Assembly: GCA_030295235.1 (NCBI GenBank)
Contig: AP026128.1
Span: forward strand, 558,001-622,000
DNA length: 64,000 nucleotides
Direction of reading: 5' to 3'
DNA from: Fistulifera solaris
Lineage: Eukaryota
Both the position numbers and the translations under genes were made by a program. Shown here in pieces: positions 12,815 through 24,637 of this stretch. The notes beneath the pieces were generated by a model. That model did no database searches. It was not told the DNA's origin and was given only the letters and a program-made list of their open reading frames with translations. Position 1 is the first letter of the stretch; each line of letters begins with the position of its first letter.

Positions 12815-13895
12815 TTGTTATCAAAAATACGTGATCATCCTCTGTCTACAAATAATATCGTTACCTGGTATGACGACATTTTCGACTTTCTCGCTCCAGG
12901 GCACTCGGTGGACAGGGCCTGTAGCATTTATAGGAGACGGTGGAGCTTGGTCACGCGCCTCGCTTTGATGGAGGTCATTCCTCAAATCATGTTGACACTC
13001 AGCTTGAAAAAAACTCTGGTATCAGCCACTTCTCAATGGATCGTTCCCAATATGGACGATATATGGAACAGCATGTCGACGATGCGAATCATCCTTCTCA
13101 GCACCGAATACGCCTTGTGCTGTTTGTTTGGTATAATCGTTCAAGCCGCCATCATTCAAGTCGTAACTGAATACTACGCAAACAAGTACTCTTCATTCAA
13201 AGCAAGCTTGAAGATCGCTTTTGACAGATTTGGTGCGATACTTTGCTTTAAGTTGCTCTACTTGACGGCTTTACTGATTGTCGGTATTGCAGTTGTCGGT
13301 TGTCTTTATTACTTGCTGTTGCTTCACAGCTTTGCCCGAGTCGGTGGTCTCGGACTCATCGCTCTACTAGTTATTGTCACAGCAATTGCAGTCTTCGCTT
13401 ATGCCATGCTGTCTCTGGCAATCGGGTTGCCGATCGTTGTGGTAGAAAAACGGTCATCAATCGGCGCGATGAAACGATCATTCGAGCTGGTTTCAGGGTA
13501 TCGTTGCTATATCTTCTGTTCCATCTTCCTGCTGTCACTTCTAATTGGCATTGGTGTCGTGATATATCACATCATGGTCGGGGTCATATTCGGATTTTTC
13601 TTTCTTTGGGACTGTATTCTATACGCTTTCGACACTTGTCACTTTGCCTTTACAGACGATGTAAGTGTTTCGTGCAATTCTCATCTATGTTTATCTTGCC
13701 CCGATGATTCAACTCATTTTGGTCTTCGTTTTCAGTCTTACTGCTGTTCTTTACTTCAGTCTCCGTGTTCGGATAGAAGGCTTGAACGGGGACACCTTGG
13801 CGGCAGAGATAGAAGAATTTAATATTGGTAGTGGCAGCGGCAACTACAACAACGTTTCCATTGAGGAAGCTGGCTGTGATGTATCTTTTTTATGA
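12815..13895 (+). CDS. multi-pass membrane protein, paralog 6 of 6; start codon unclear, frameshift near 13600
   Basis: IFDFLAPGHSVDRACSIY, QAAIIQVVTEYY, LPIVVVEKRS; intron 13661-13735; exon 2 LYFSLRVRIEGLN; no in-frame ATG ahead of the conserved N-terminus. Confidence 0.65.
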
Positions 13896-13960
13896 CAACC
13901 ATGTGCAATAAAAGAGTGAGGTCGTGTTCCTAGTCCTTTATAGAAAGCAACTGCAAAAAT

Positions 13961-14165
13961 GATTCATGACTGAAATGCAGTCGTCGGAAAGTTGATGTGA
14001 CACTGTTTTCGACGTAGAAATCGATGCATGAATTGAAAAATAATCTAAAAAAGTAAATCCCACTGCATAGATTAACAAATTAATAATTAGGAGAACGGAC
14101 TGAGTTTGGGTAGCACTATACGGCGGAATCGGCTCATGACTGAAGTGTAGTCGAGTCGTGTGGTA
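13961..14165 (+). repeat. Family A dispersed palindromic repeat, two copies 170 bp apart
   Basis: TCATGACTGAAATGCAGTCG at 13964 and TCATGACTGAAGTGTAGTCG at 14134; TTTTCGACGTAGAAA box after the first. Confidence 0.85.
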
Positions 14166-14291
14166 CAGTGGCAACAAATCTGATTGTTGTAAATTGAGGA
14201 AAAAATCTCCAAATCATGTTCTGACAATTTTAAAGTAATACTTGCATTAGTAACCTAATGATTACGACTTGAAAACAAGGAGTAAACGAAC

Positions 14292-14797
14292 GATAAAACG
14301 CTTCGAATGTCTACGCGTATTTTACGTAGCCGCCGTAGGAAATTTATCTCTGCAGGGGTACCCGGATATTGTGTTTTTTCTCCATCCTCCAATTCTTGGA
14401 TGTAGAGTGCCCGGATGTCAATGTTTCCAAATACACCTTATTTGCTTCGTATCGAAAAACAAAAATTGTCATCGATTCGAAAACAAAAATGTCGATCGAA
14501 CGAATGATGCAACGCTTCGAATGTCTACGCAGTTCCACGTAGCTCTCGTAGGGAAATTTATCGACAGAGGGGACACCCGGATATTGTGTAGTTCCGATCA
14601 CACCATTTTTCGCGTCTTTTGGACACCAATTGCAACAAAACTTTGCCCAACATGGCTTATGCAAGCCACCCAACAATAATCTACCTTGATTCGACTGTGA
14701 AACATCAAACAGTAAAAAGATAAAACGCTTCGAATGACTACGCGTATTTTACGTAGCCGCCGTAGGAAATTTATCTCTGCAGGGGTACCCGGATATA
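14292..14797 (+). repeat. Family B array: three ~78-bp conserved cores at 213-214 bp period
   Basis: AACGCTTCGAATGWCTACGC..ACGTAGC..CGTAGG(G)AAATTTATC..AGGGG..CCCGGATAT; TTTATC anchors at 14343, 14557, 14770. Confidence 0.9.
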
Positions 14798-14892
14798 TAA
14801 TTTCTACGAAAACACACACCTTTTATTTGTACGTGGTAAATTTACCAGATTGTAACGCAATCATCATCATTCTTTCTTTCATCAATGCAACC

Positions 14893-15864
14893 ATGCCAAA
14901 ATTCGGTGAATGCTTGATATGCGCCGAAGAATTTGCACTGCTGAGACCAACGTCATGCTGCAAAAGGCTACGTGTCAGCCGTGCCTCTTTCAGCACATCC
15001 AATCAATTCTGGAAGAAGCACGAACGGGAGGCCGACGTCGTATGGTATGCCCCTTCGGATGTGGGAAGGAACTTACGGATTATGACATACGCCTTTGCTT
15101 TCATCGACAGCATTATTCGGCTATCTGGGATTTTTGTGGGATCGTTTCTTTATATCATTTTGTTCGGCTGGTATGTTCCGAAAGTTGCTTCGGTTACGTG
15201 TCGACACCATTACTATTGGCTGTATTGTTTGCATTCTAGAGGAGAATGTCGAGATCTAGAAGCCTATGAGAAATGGAGTGTTTTGACGGCTTATGCTGAT
15301 ATGAACAAGAAGCAGGATGCTGTGATTGTTCATTGTCCCGCCACCGACTGTGATTATTCCTGGATTGTTGCCGATCCCGGATTCCGTGAGAAGAAACGCA
15401 AGCATGAGGATAAAAGTCGATTTCTGTGGTATACACCAATGAAACCTGAGTTCGTTCCGACTAACTGGGTGGAACCCGATCTGATGAATATAGAAGTTAC
15501 CGGCTGGATAGCGCAAGATATTGACGATCCCCGCAATGATGCTCGAAGAATGGTTTGCGGTAAATGCACGCACGTTTTCTGTGGACTTTGTCGCAATCCC
15601 TGGACGTATGAGAATCACCGTCACAACGGCTGCTCCTGTCGTAGTTATGCTCGCAAATTACCGCGCGGTTGGGATCATCAAGACATGGCTTCATGGACTA
15701 GTACTCGAGCCTGCCCGGGTTGTCAGCTGAGAACAACACGGATTTCTGGTTGCAATCACATGACTTGTCCGTGTGGGTATGAATGGTGCTATGTATGTCG
15801 TGGTTCGTGGAATTCATTACATTACAGTTGTGTGGACGGACAAACGAATTGCGTGATTTTGTAA
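14893..15864 (+). CDS. RBR (RING1-IBR-RING2) E3 ubiquitin ligase with C-terminal CaaX; compensating frameshifts near 14965 and 15140
   Basis: CLIC..CC / CQPC..CPFGC (second half in alternative frame); IBR HCPATDC..CGKC..FCGLC..H..C; RING2 CPGC..SGCNHMTCPCGYEWCYVC; ends CVIL. Confidence 0.85.
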   Translation: MPKFGECLICAEEFALLRPTSCCKRLRVSRASFSTSNQFWKKHEREADVVWYAPSDVGRNLRIMTYAFAFIDSIIRLSGIFVGSFLYIILFGWYVPKVASVTCRHHYYWLYCLHSRGECRDLEAYEKWSVLTAYADMNKKQDAVIVHCPATDCDYSWIVADPGFREKKRKHEDKSRFLWYTPMKPEFVPTNWVEPDLMNIEVTGWIAQDIDDPRNDARRMVCGKCTHVFCGLCRNPWTYENHRHNGCSCRSYARKLPRGWDHQDMASWTSTRACPGCQLRTTRISGCNHMTCPCGYEWCYVCRGSWNSLHYSCVDGQTNCVIL

Positions 15865-16130
15865 TTTTTACGAAGGATTCTAGCTTATTTTGTAAGTCGT
15901 AGGATCATATCGGTTAATTTCTTCAAGAGCGTGACAAGATAGTTCTACAAAATTCTCGTTCGTTCGTGACTCCACGTCGTCCCTAACATGACACGTGACT
16001 CGTGGCTCATGGGGGACGATCTCGTCGACGATAAAAAAGATCGATGACATGCAACGAAACAAAATAAAACAAATCATCACCTGCAAATCACTTATTCATA
16101 TTTTTGACATCAACGAAGATCAGTAAAAGT

Positions 16131-18579
16131 ATGGCGCCCAAGAATCGCCGCACGGGAAAGCAAACCACGCAGTCCTCTCTTTTTGACGAGGAGGAGAAAA
16201 AAGCGCCGTACGACGATCTTGTGTTAACGAGCGAAAAGCGACGAGGAGTCTACGAATGCGATTACTGTCGAACCGATATTTCGCAACTACCACGCGTCCG
16301 TTGTGCAATCTGTCCTGATTTTGATCTATGCTTGGATTGCTTGGTATCCCCTCCCAATGAAGCAAGTCATGATCCGACGCACGGATATCGCGTTTGTGAT
16401 AGTACGCGGTATCCGCTCTTTCCAACATCCAGGACCTTGTTGTCGTCTGTTTCCACAAAAACCTCGGTGAATGATGAGCAAGTGAATGAGGAAATGAAGG
16501 AAGGAGACGATAGCCAGGGAGAGGATGCGGGCGTAAGCAACGAAAAGGAAGAAAATAATGCACCGACAAGCGAAAACGAAAACAAGGCCGATGTAACAAT
16601 GGAAGTGGAAGGAAAATCTGATACAAAGGATGATCATAAAAATGCCGGTCTGGAAGACGGAGCAGCACCTGCAGATGACGATGGGGCTGCCTCTGAAATA
16701 GTAGTTGTTCAGACGGATGATCGAAAGGCCATTTGGACGGTGGAAGAAGATTTGCGCCTGCTCGAAGGCATCAAGATGCATGGGCTGGCAAAGTAAGTAA
16801 CATCGCGTGACTCTATATGGTTTAAAATGTTTTCACCATGCTAACAGTGACGTTATCTTTTCCAGCTGGGTAGACATTGCAGAGGTTGTCGGCGGACAAG
16901 GTACCACAGGCAAGACACCGAAACGATGCATGGAACGGTACTGGGATGATTTTCTTGGAAGATACGGGAAAATTCTTCCGCCGTATACTTTGACAGTCGA
17001 TGAAGATGCTGAGGACGAGAATGAAGCGGATGGCGGTGAAGAGGAGGAAGTGAAGGACGTGAAGGAAGACGAGACTACAACGCCTAGTCGGGCTTCGAAG
17101 CGAAGAGCGATGTTCATGCGGAGTCCAAGTTCCGTATCTTCCTTTTCCGCCACTAACTTCACGATGGGAGCACGTAAAAAGTTCCGAGCTGTACCAACTG
17201 ACTCTTTGCTTTCGGAAGACTCGGATGATTTTTGGCCGAACCCTTTCCTTCCGGAAGGAAGGGTCATTGGGGAAGAGGTTGGACGTGACTCTGCGTATAA
17301 GGCTGAGCAACTCTATGTCAAACTTATTTCAGGATTGGATTCAGTCGAGAAAGTAGCACAAGTAAGAAAGGAATGGGAAGAAAATCGTTTATTGAAACCT
17401 GGTGGCCCGACCGTTTTGCCCATGAGACCCGATGATTTGGTGACTATACCAGGTGCCGAGCTTGCGGGGTATATGCCTCGTCGAGGAGACTTTGATATTG
17501 AATGGGAAAATGAGGCCGAGCAAGCTATCGCCGACATGGAATTTCTGCCTGGTGAATCGGAGGCTGATGTTAATCTCAAATTGCAGGTGCTTCAGATCTA
17601 CAATTCGAAGCTAGACGAAAGGGAGCAGAAGAAAGATTTCATTATCAAGCGCCGCATATACGATTACAAGAAGAAGCAAGCCGAAGATCAGCGTTTACCG
17701 CGCGATGAACGTGATTTGGTGCAGCGTATGCGACTTTTCGAACGCTTTCATACGCCGAAGGAGCATGAACAATTCCTGGCTGATATACTGCGCGCTAAAC
17801 GCCTACGAAAGGAAATTGCAAAGCTTCAAATGTTTCGCCGCATGGGTATCAAAGATATGCTGGAAGCAGAACGGTACGTGGTTTGTAGACGTTTGTGGGG
17901 AATGAACGTCCGTCGAAACTAATTTACGTCTTTGCAGGTACGAGCTCGATAAACACAGGCACGCCATACATCTGGAAGCTCATCAGCAGCTGCTCAAGAA
18001 GGACAAATCGGAAAATGAGAAAAAGGAAAAGCAAGAAGAACCAGACTCTGTTTCCCTTTGGAAACAATACCGTAGTACCACGGATCATCGGAAAGGTCGC
18101 AAAAGCTTAGGACGTGGGCGGTCCCGCGATGAAGACACCGACGCAGTAGTAGCAAATTCGATCAAGAGCGAATCCGAAGTTGTTGACGCCATGGATGTTG
18201 ATGATCCCACACCATCAGAAGCCGACGCACATCCTGCGGAAATGGTTGTGGAGTCCGATGAGAAGAAATGTGAACAGGAGGAACAGATGCATGAAGGAAA
18301 TGTAGAATCAGAGATGGAAGATATCAAAAGCTCCCATCAGCCAACCTCCTTTCTGAACGAGAACTCCAACTATGCCAATTAGCCAAACTGAAACCTGCCG
18401 AGTACTTGGAAATCAAACGAATGATAGTCCAACAGTCGACAGCGGCTGGTCTCGTTGAGAACCGACGGAAGACACTGCTGTTGATAGACATTGAGCGAAG
18501 GGGCGATGTGATTGATTTTATGGTAAAAGCCGGTTGGGTGTCCCCGAAAGTCGAAGCCGAGGTCCGAAGCATAATTTAA
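16131..18579 (+). CDS. ADA2: transcriptional adaptor ADA2 (ZZ finger, SANT, SWIRM)
   Basis: CDYC..CAICPDFDLCLDC; WTVEEDLRLLEGI..GL.NW.DIAE; GYMPRRGDFDIEWENEAE; introns 16793-16865 and 17874-17937; SWIRM LSERELQLC after a frameshift near 18335. Confidence 0.92.
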
Positions 18580-18609
18580 CGGTACCAGTGAGCGCTCTAG
18601 TGATAACAA

Positions 18610-19668
18610 TTATTTTTTAACTGCTTCGTACGATGCTCCATGGTCACGCGTCTCTCTCGAGGGCATGTCGCTGCTGTACGATCGCCAATAAGGGAAAGGC
18701 TTGTTCGCTTTCGTAATTTTCCATGCCCGCTCAAACGCATCGACTATATCATCCGAAAGGGGACCTTTGTCTACAGCCGCTCCGCACGCAGCTAAATTCT
18801 CGTCCAATTGGGCCAATGAACTCGCTCCGAGCAAAACACCGTCATTCTGCGACAAGGCGGAATGACAAAGCATCCAACGATAGGTAGCCTCCACCATGGA
18901 TATATTTTCCTCTTTACAGCTCTCTCGAATGATTTGGATGGCTTCGAAATTGGGCGCCGTATAGAAACGTGGCAAATAATTGGGATTGTTCTTGAAGCGG
19001 CCTTTCATGACCGTGTCGGGGTCGACGTGTTTCCCGGTGAGAAGACCGGCCGCCAAAGGGTTGTAAGCCACAAAAGCACAGTTGTTGCGTTTCAAAATAG
19101 GCAATAACTCGTCTTCCACCAAACGATTGAGTGGATTATAGAGTCCTTGATATACAGTCGGAGGAGTTAAATTGTGTAGAGAGCACAACTGAAAGGCCCG
19201 CTCCATTTCATCCGCGTGATAGTTACTCATCCCAATGCCCGAAATCTTCCCCTTCGTTACCAACGAATCCAAATAGATAAGACTATCTAACAGTGAATGT
19301 TCCGGATCCGGCTGATGCAAATAGTATTCGCCGCAGGAATCAATTTTCATGGCAGCGAAGGAGGCATCGAGTTGTGCTTGTATGCCGGACGGCGACAAAC
19401 CCTGCGGTTGACTCGGATGTGCCTTGGTTCCTACGGTCAATGAATGCTCTATTTTCGGTAATATTAAACCCAACGTTGTTTCCGTCTTGCCTCCTGCATA
19501 AATGCGTGCTGTGTCGATCCAGGAATGGGATGATTCCGTGTCGTATCTTTGATTGTGCTGAACAAATCGCTGAATCATGTCCACCGCGACGACTTCATCG
19601 ACACGGGACGATGTTTGAGACCACGAGAACGTCATCGTCCCTAGATATAAGCGCGGTGTGGTTCTCAT
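18610..19668 (-). CDS. aldo-keto reductase, AKR7 (aflatoxin B1 aldehyde reductase)-like
   Basis: LGTMTF, IDTARIYAGG, YYLHQPD, PTVYQGLYN, AYNPLAAGLLTGK, LGASSLAQL. Confidence 0.9.
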   Translation of the reverse strand: MRTTPRLYLGTMTFSWSQTSSRVDEVVAVDMIQRFVQHNQRYDTESSHSWIDTARIYAGGKTETTLGLILPKIEHSLTVGTKAHPSQPQGLSPSGIQAQLDASFAAMKIDSCGEYYLHQPDPEHSLLDSLIYLDSLVTKGKISGIGMSNYHADEMERAFQLCSLHNLTPPTVYQGLYNPLNRLVEDELLPILKRNNCAFVAYNPLAAGLLTGKHVDPDTVMKGRFKNNPNYLPRFYTAPNFEAIQIIRESCKEENISMVEATYRWMLCHSALSQNDGVLLGASSLAQLDENLAACGAAVDKGPLSDDIVDAFERAWKITKANKPFPYWRSYSSDMPSRETRDHGASYEAVKK

Positions 19669-19877
19669 AATGACTTGAGTTGATCAATACGGATGAAAAG
19701 GTAGTTATGAATGCCGTCTTATTATCATCTCGTCGCGTATTTTTTTGCGTGACGAAGAGGGACGAAGAGGGAAAAAGGATATCATCATGAGTACCGGGTG
19801 TCCCCTTATACGGTACTCACATTGTAGACGAGACTACTTTTCAGTACATACAGTTGTAGGACAGTAGGACTAAATGT

Positions 19878-19922
19878 TACGGAGTATCCGTTTTCCCCAA
19901 GACTGCATTTTTTCAGTCACGA
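19878..19922 (-). repeat. Family A solo copy with expanded loop
   Basis: reverse complement TCGTGACTGAAAAAATGCAGTC followed by TACTCCGTA, in the divergent AKR/PPIL2 intergenic region. Confidence 0.7.
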
Positions 19923-20052
19923 TAACGCAATCGCTCGTCGCATTTTATCTCTCATGGTTGTTTTTGTTTGCCTAGACCCTGTGTTATTAACTCAATCTGA
20001 TTATTCATCATTCTACCAACGAAAATAACGTTAAACCTTGAAACAACTAATC

Positions 20053-21681
20053 ATGGTCCGACGACAACGCGAAAAACAGTATCAATCCTCACGCGAACAC
20101 CGCGATCATGCGCAAATGCGCTCGGGCACAACCACTTCGGGTTCGACGGTGCAACGGAGGTTGCCGTTCACGCATTGTGCCTTGTCATTGACGGCGTTTG
20201 AAACACCCGTTTGCAATCGTGAGGGTATTGTCTTTGAGAATACGGCCTTATTCCCCTTTGTGATGAAACATCGCATCGATCCCGTGTCCGGGGCGCCGAT
20301 GGAGTCACGGGATATTATAACACTGAACATGGATCGCGATGAAGAAGGAAGGTGGCAGTGTCCGGTTTTGACCAAACCTTTTGCGGATCATACCAAAATC
20401 ATAGGAATATTGCAACCAGGCGGAAAAGAAGCCAATGTTATATCGTATGAGGCTTATCACGAACTGAATGTCAAAACCAAAAACTACGAAGACTTGATCA
20501 GTGGTGTCAAATTCGATAAGCACAAGGATTTGCTCGTATTGAATGATCCGGATGACGAAGATTTAAATCGACGTCGTGACATCAATCACTTTTATCATAT
20601 TCTACATTCAAGGGAGTTGCAGACGGAGCAAAACACGGAGGGGAATGTTCGTCACAGTGTCACGGCTACGCGTGTCATGGAGAAGCTCAAACAACAAAAA
20701 GCCAAAGAAGAAGTGAAAAGCGACCCTTCACTTAATGATTCATTGAACAAAGAGTCGATGCTTTACATAGTTATCGACGGAGAAAAGGTACCCATCATGG
20801 CCTTGGATGTGACCGGAGTGGAATTTACGACGGGCCGAGTTTCCGTTTCCTTGACATCTTCCGCATCGGCTATTGCCCATGATAATGTACAGAGAGTCGC
20901 CACCGTCGAAGAAGTTCTCCAGTCACAATTTCAGACCATGCGCAAATTGAAAAGAAAGGATATGTCATTCTGGAAACGAATATGGGAAACATCACTCTCG
21001 AACTGCATTGCGACATGGCGCCTCGAACGTGTACCAATTTTCTCGGTCTTTGTCATCAGCACAAATACGACGACACGACATGTCATCGACTGATCAAGTC
21101 TTTTATGGTACAGCTGGGAAAAGCACCCAAGGGCGAAGAAGAGGAGAGTCTCTGGGGTGATGCCTTTCCCGATGAGTTCGATGAGCGGCTGTCGCACAAC
21201 GAGGAAGGTGTTCTCAGTATGGCCAATGCGGGTCCGGGAACGAACCGCCGTCAGTTTTTCATCACATTTCAAAGCTGTACACATCTCGATCGCAAGCATT
21301 CCATATTTGGGAAAGTGATCAAAGGAATGGATGTAGTAAAGAATATGGAAACAATACCGACGGACAAGAAAGAAAAGACCGATGGAGGAAATCAGAATAC
21401 TTAAAACAGTTGTGCAAACGGATCCTGCCGAAGAAGCCAAACAGTTGGATTTGGAACGAATCGAAAAAATTATTCGTGAACGACGAAAAGCTAGTTCGAG
21501 CGCCAAAAGTATTAACGAATCAACATCACGCGCCCCCGATAAAGGATCGGCCGTTGGGAAATACCTTACTCAGAATACAACAGGAAAAGCATCCTTGAAT
21601 GAGAATCAAGGGACTGGTGACACGTCAAGGCTGGCACCACCTCCCAAGAAGACGAAATTTGGGAATTTTAGTGGATGGTAA
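20053..21681 (+). CDS. PPIL2: PPIL2/Cyp60 U-box plus cyclophilin protein; frameshifts near 20955 and 21375
   Basis: RLPFTHCALSL, CPVLTKPF, HCDMAPRTCTNFL, FPDEFD..LSH, LSMANAGPGTN..QFFITF, HLDRKHSIFGKV; tail KFGNFSGW. Confidence 0.9.
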
Positions 21682-21737
21682 ATCTGAAGCATGTCATCTA
21701 GCCAAGCTTACAAACTTAGCGAATCCTTCCTCTTGTC

Positions 21738-22581
21738 TTATATGTTTAATCCGAATAATGTGCCATCAAATTGTGATAGATCGTCTATCACGTAATCTGC
21801 CTCCTGTACAAAGGATTGTTTTTCTTCCGTTGTGAATCGAGGATCCGGAATGGCAATGACTCTGCAGCCAGCCGCTTTGCCGGACTTCACTCCGGACAAG
21901 GCATCCTCAACGACCAAGCATTCGGTCGGATCCACGCCCATCTGTCGGGCCGCTTCCAAGTAGATATCCGGAGCGGGCTTCCCTTCTTGGACGAGAGGAT
22001 GATCGCCTGGCACGATGACTTGGATTCGGTCAAAGAGGGGACCGTGTCGTGTCCGTTTTTTCGCGACGGAAGCTGCTCGACTCGAAGTGGCAATGGCCAT
22101 GGGTATCCCGGCCGCCGCGAAGCGCTCCACGAGCTCGGAAGCACCTGTACATTTTTCGACTTCCCTCGCAATATTCGTTTAACTTTTCTTCCCATCCCTG
22201 CCATAATTCGGTGACCGTCGGTAAATTGTGATCGGCAATCTTCCATACGTCTCGTGCATAAGATATGACAATGGGAGCCCATTCCGATCCTCGTAATCCA
22301 AGCAACTGCTTTTTGAGTTCCCAAGGCAACCGATATCCTTCTGACGCGTAGGATTGCCACAAGTCTTCGGGCAATTGATCTCGAAACACGGCGAGCATCG
22401 CCTTGTCACTGAGTGCTTCCGTGTCAAGCAAGGTTCCGTCGAGGTCGAAAAGAACCGCCTTGATTGGCTTGTCAGTCGCGGTCATTGGTCTAATATGTCG
22501 TGTTGGACTTGCTTGTTGATCAGTTTTTGCGAGGAGGCAATATCTCGGCCATAACAGGGCTGCAAACAAGATGATGAACAT
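21738..22581 (-). CDS. HAD-superfamily phosphatase, HDHD1/pseudouridine-5'-phosphatase-like; frameshift near 22155
   Basis: FDLDGTLLDTE, AIATSS, GKPAPDIYL, CLVVEDALSGV; start could alternatively be the ATG at about 22485. Confidence 0.85.
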
Positions 22582-22917
22582 TATAGCAGATCGGTATTGT
22601 TTGCGAAAAAAGGAAAAAATGCTGCTTTTGTTGCAACTCGTGACTGAATTCCAGTCGGTTAACCATTGCGGATCCGTGCTTTGTCCGTTGACCGTTTTCT
22701 TTTCTGTGGTCCTCTTCTGCTCTGGTCGTCGTACGTCGATTTCTGACAGCGTGTAAAAAGCACGGCAAAACGCAACGATCGATCGACCGCAACGATTATT
22801 ATTGCGATGAATAATAAGGACAACAAACAATCAAGAACAGTCTCAAATAATTTACCATTATCCTTTTCGTTACGCATTTGAGTCAGTTACAGGTTTGTTA
22901 GGGCCTGTGCGAAAATC

Positions 22918-23948
22918 ATGACAAACCCGTTGTTAGGTATGTTAACAAATTCCATTTTGCTGCAACATTCATCCTCGCCCATGAGAAATCCTGCTCGGCA
23001 TTATTATTTGTATCGCCGCTGACACCCTCCTTCTTTGTAGGCAAGCGAATTTCTCTCGTTTCCAAGAAAAATATTCGTTACGAAGGTGTCTTGTATTCTA
23101 TCAATGAACAAAATGCTACGGTAGCGTTGCAAAACGTCAAAACTTTCGGGACGGAGGGTCGTGAATTGGCCGAAGAAGGATGCATTTTTGTAGCTCCTGC
23201 CGATACAGTACATCCCTATCTTCTCTTTCGTGGACAAGATATTAAAGATTTGCATGTACATGAACAGCCAGCCGAGGAGCAACCGACACAGACGACGGAG
23301 CCGACTCCTACTGTCCCAGCAGTGAAAGAAGAACCCAAGCCCCCTGTCGCAACAACAAAGCCACCGGCAGCACAACCAAGCAACCCTGCGAAACCACCAC
23401 AACCCACGCAGCCGACGAAGACGACTAGTGAGAATGCTGGACGAGGAGGAGAAGGCCGAGGAAATAACAACAATCGCCGCGCACGAAACAGCAAGGCTGC
23501 TCCCGGGACGGGTGCGAGTTTGCTAAATCGCACGGCTCGTGGTGTAGTAGGAGACACCGCTACCCCGCAGGGAGAATTCGACTTTCAATCCAGCTTGGAA
23601 AAATTTAAAGAGCAGAGTGACGATAACGATGAACCAATCGCGGAAACGGCTTACGAGAAGGACGACTTTTTCGACTCGATCTCGTGTGATGCTCTCGACA
23701 AGCAATCTGGAACGGACAATCGATTGAAAGGAGCAGAAGAGCGTCGTTTGAATACAGAGACCTTTGGTGCGGTGGCTTTGAACACGCAGAGCCGAAGACG
23801 GGGCGGTATGAATGGACGCGGAGGCCGAGGACGTGGTGGTGGACGTGAAGGTCGAGGCAGCAGCACAACCGGAAGAGGTCGCGGCGGGCGTGGAGGCCGC
23901 GCCGGTGGAAGAGGCCGGGGACGTGGACGCGCTTTCACGTCGGAATAA
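22918..23948 (+). CDS. LSM14: LSM14/Scd6/RAP55 mRNA decapping activator
   Basis: exon 1 22918-22936, intron 22937-23040; GKRISLVSKKNIRYEGVL Lsm domain; FDF, FFD and TFG boxes; RGG tail. Confidence 0.93.
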
Positions 23949-24347
23949 AAAGAAAGGCAATAATGCTGCAAGCGGGGGCGCTTCTTGTGTTGCGGAAATC
24001 CTTGCTTGATTAGGCCACACTTAACTCTAGATATCATCTTGCTATTCGTTTTTCACAACTTGATTCCCTGTCTTTCACCGCTGTCGTTGTTGCATGCTTG
24101 ACTCGATTGATAAAAGTTTTGGCTTGCTTTCCTTTCGATGTTCCTTCAGTTCACGATTCTTTCAGACGATGCGCTTTTCTAATTCGACAAGTATTTCCAT
24201 GTGGCACTTTAAAAGGATGGATTTAAAGTTTTTTTTGATTCTGACAAAGATGTCGCTGCTAAGGACATATAAAATTTTTACGTCCTTAGCCGCTGCTCCT
24301 TGCTAAAGTTCATTATTTCGAAATATTAGGAAATAGATCCAGCTCAT

Positions 24348-24400
24348 TCATGACTGAAATGCAGTCGCGGATACTTACACGGCGAAAATTTTACTCCGTA
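24348..24400 (+). repeat. Family A solo copy
   Basis: TCATGACTGAAATGCAGTCG at 24348-24367 and TACTCCGTA at 24392. Confidence 0.85.
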
Positions 24401-24637
24401 TTCGTTATCTGCGCTTCATTTTATTGCTGTCGATCTCTCGTATATTTATTTGTTGTTTCATTTGTTTGTCGTTTTCTGGCAAGGCCGAAGAGTGTTGGAA
24501 AAGCCTGGGGTAGAGGCGTGTTCATTAGGTTGCAAGATTTGTTGCTGCTATATTCTTTTCGGCAGCAATATTGACGATCTTATATTGTGCCTTTCAAGAT
24601 CGTAGCACCTACGAAAAGCACAAAATACCTCCCAACA

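Noticed and set aside
14292..14797. CRISPR array call for Family B (or Family A) repeat-spacer structures
   Set aside because: Eukaryotic context, no cas genes, cores (65-78 bp) and spacers (135-180 bp) too long, and spacers show residual or near-complete similarity to each other.
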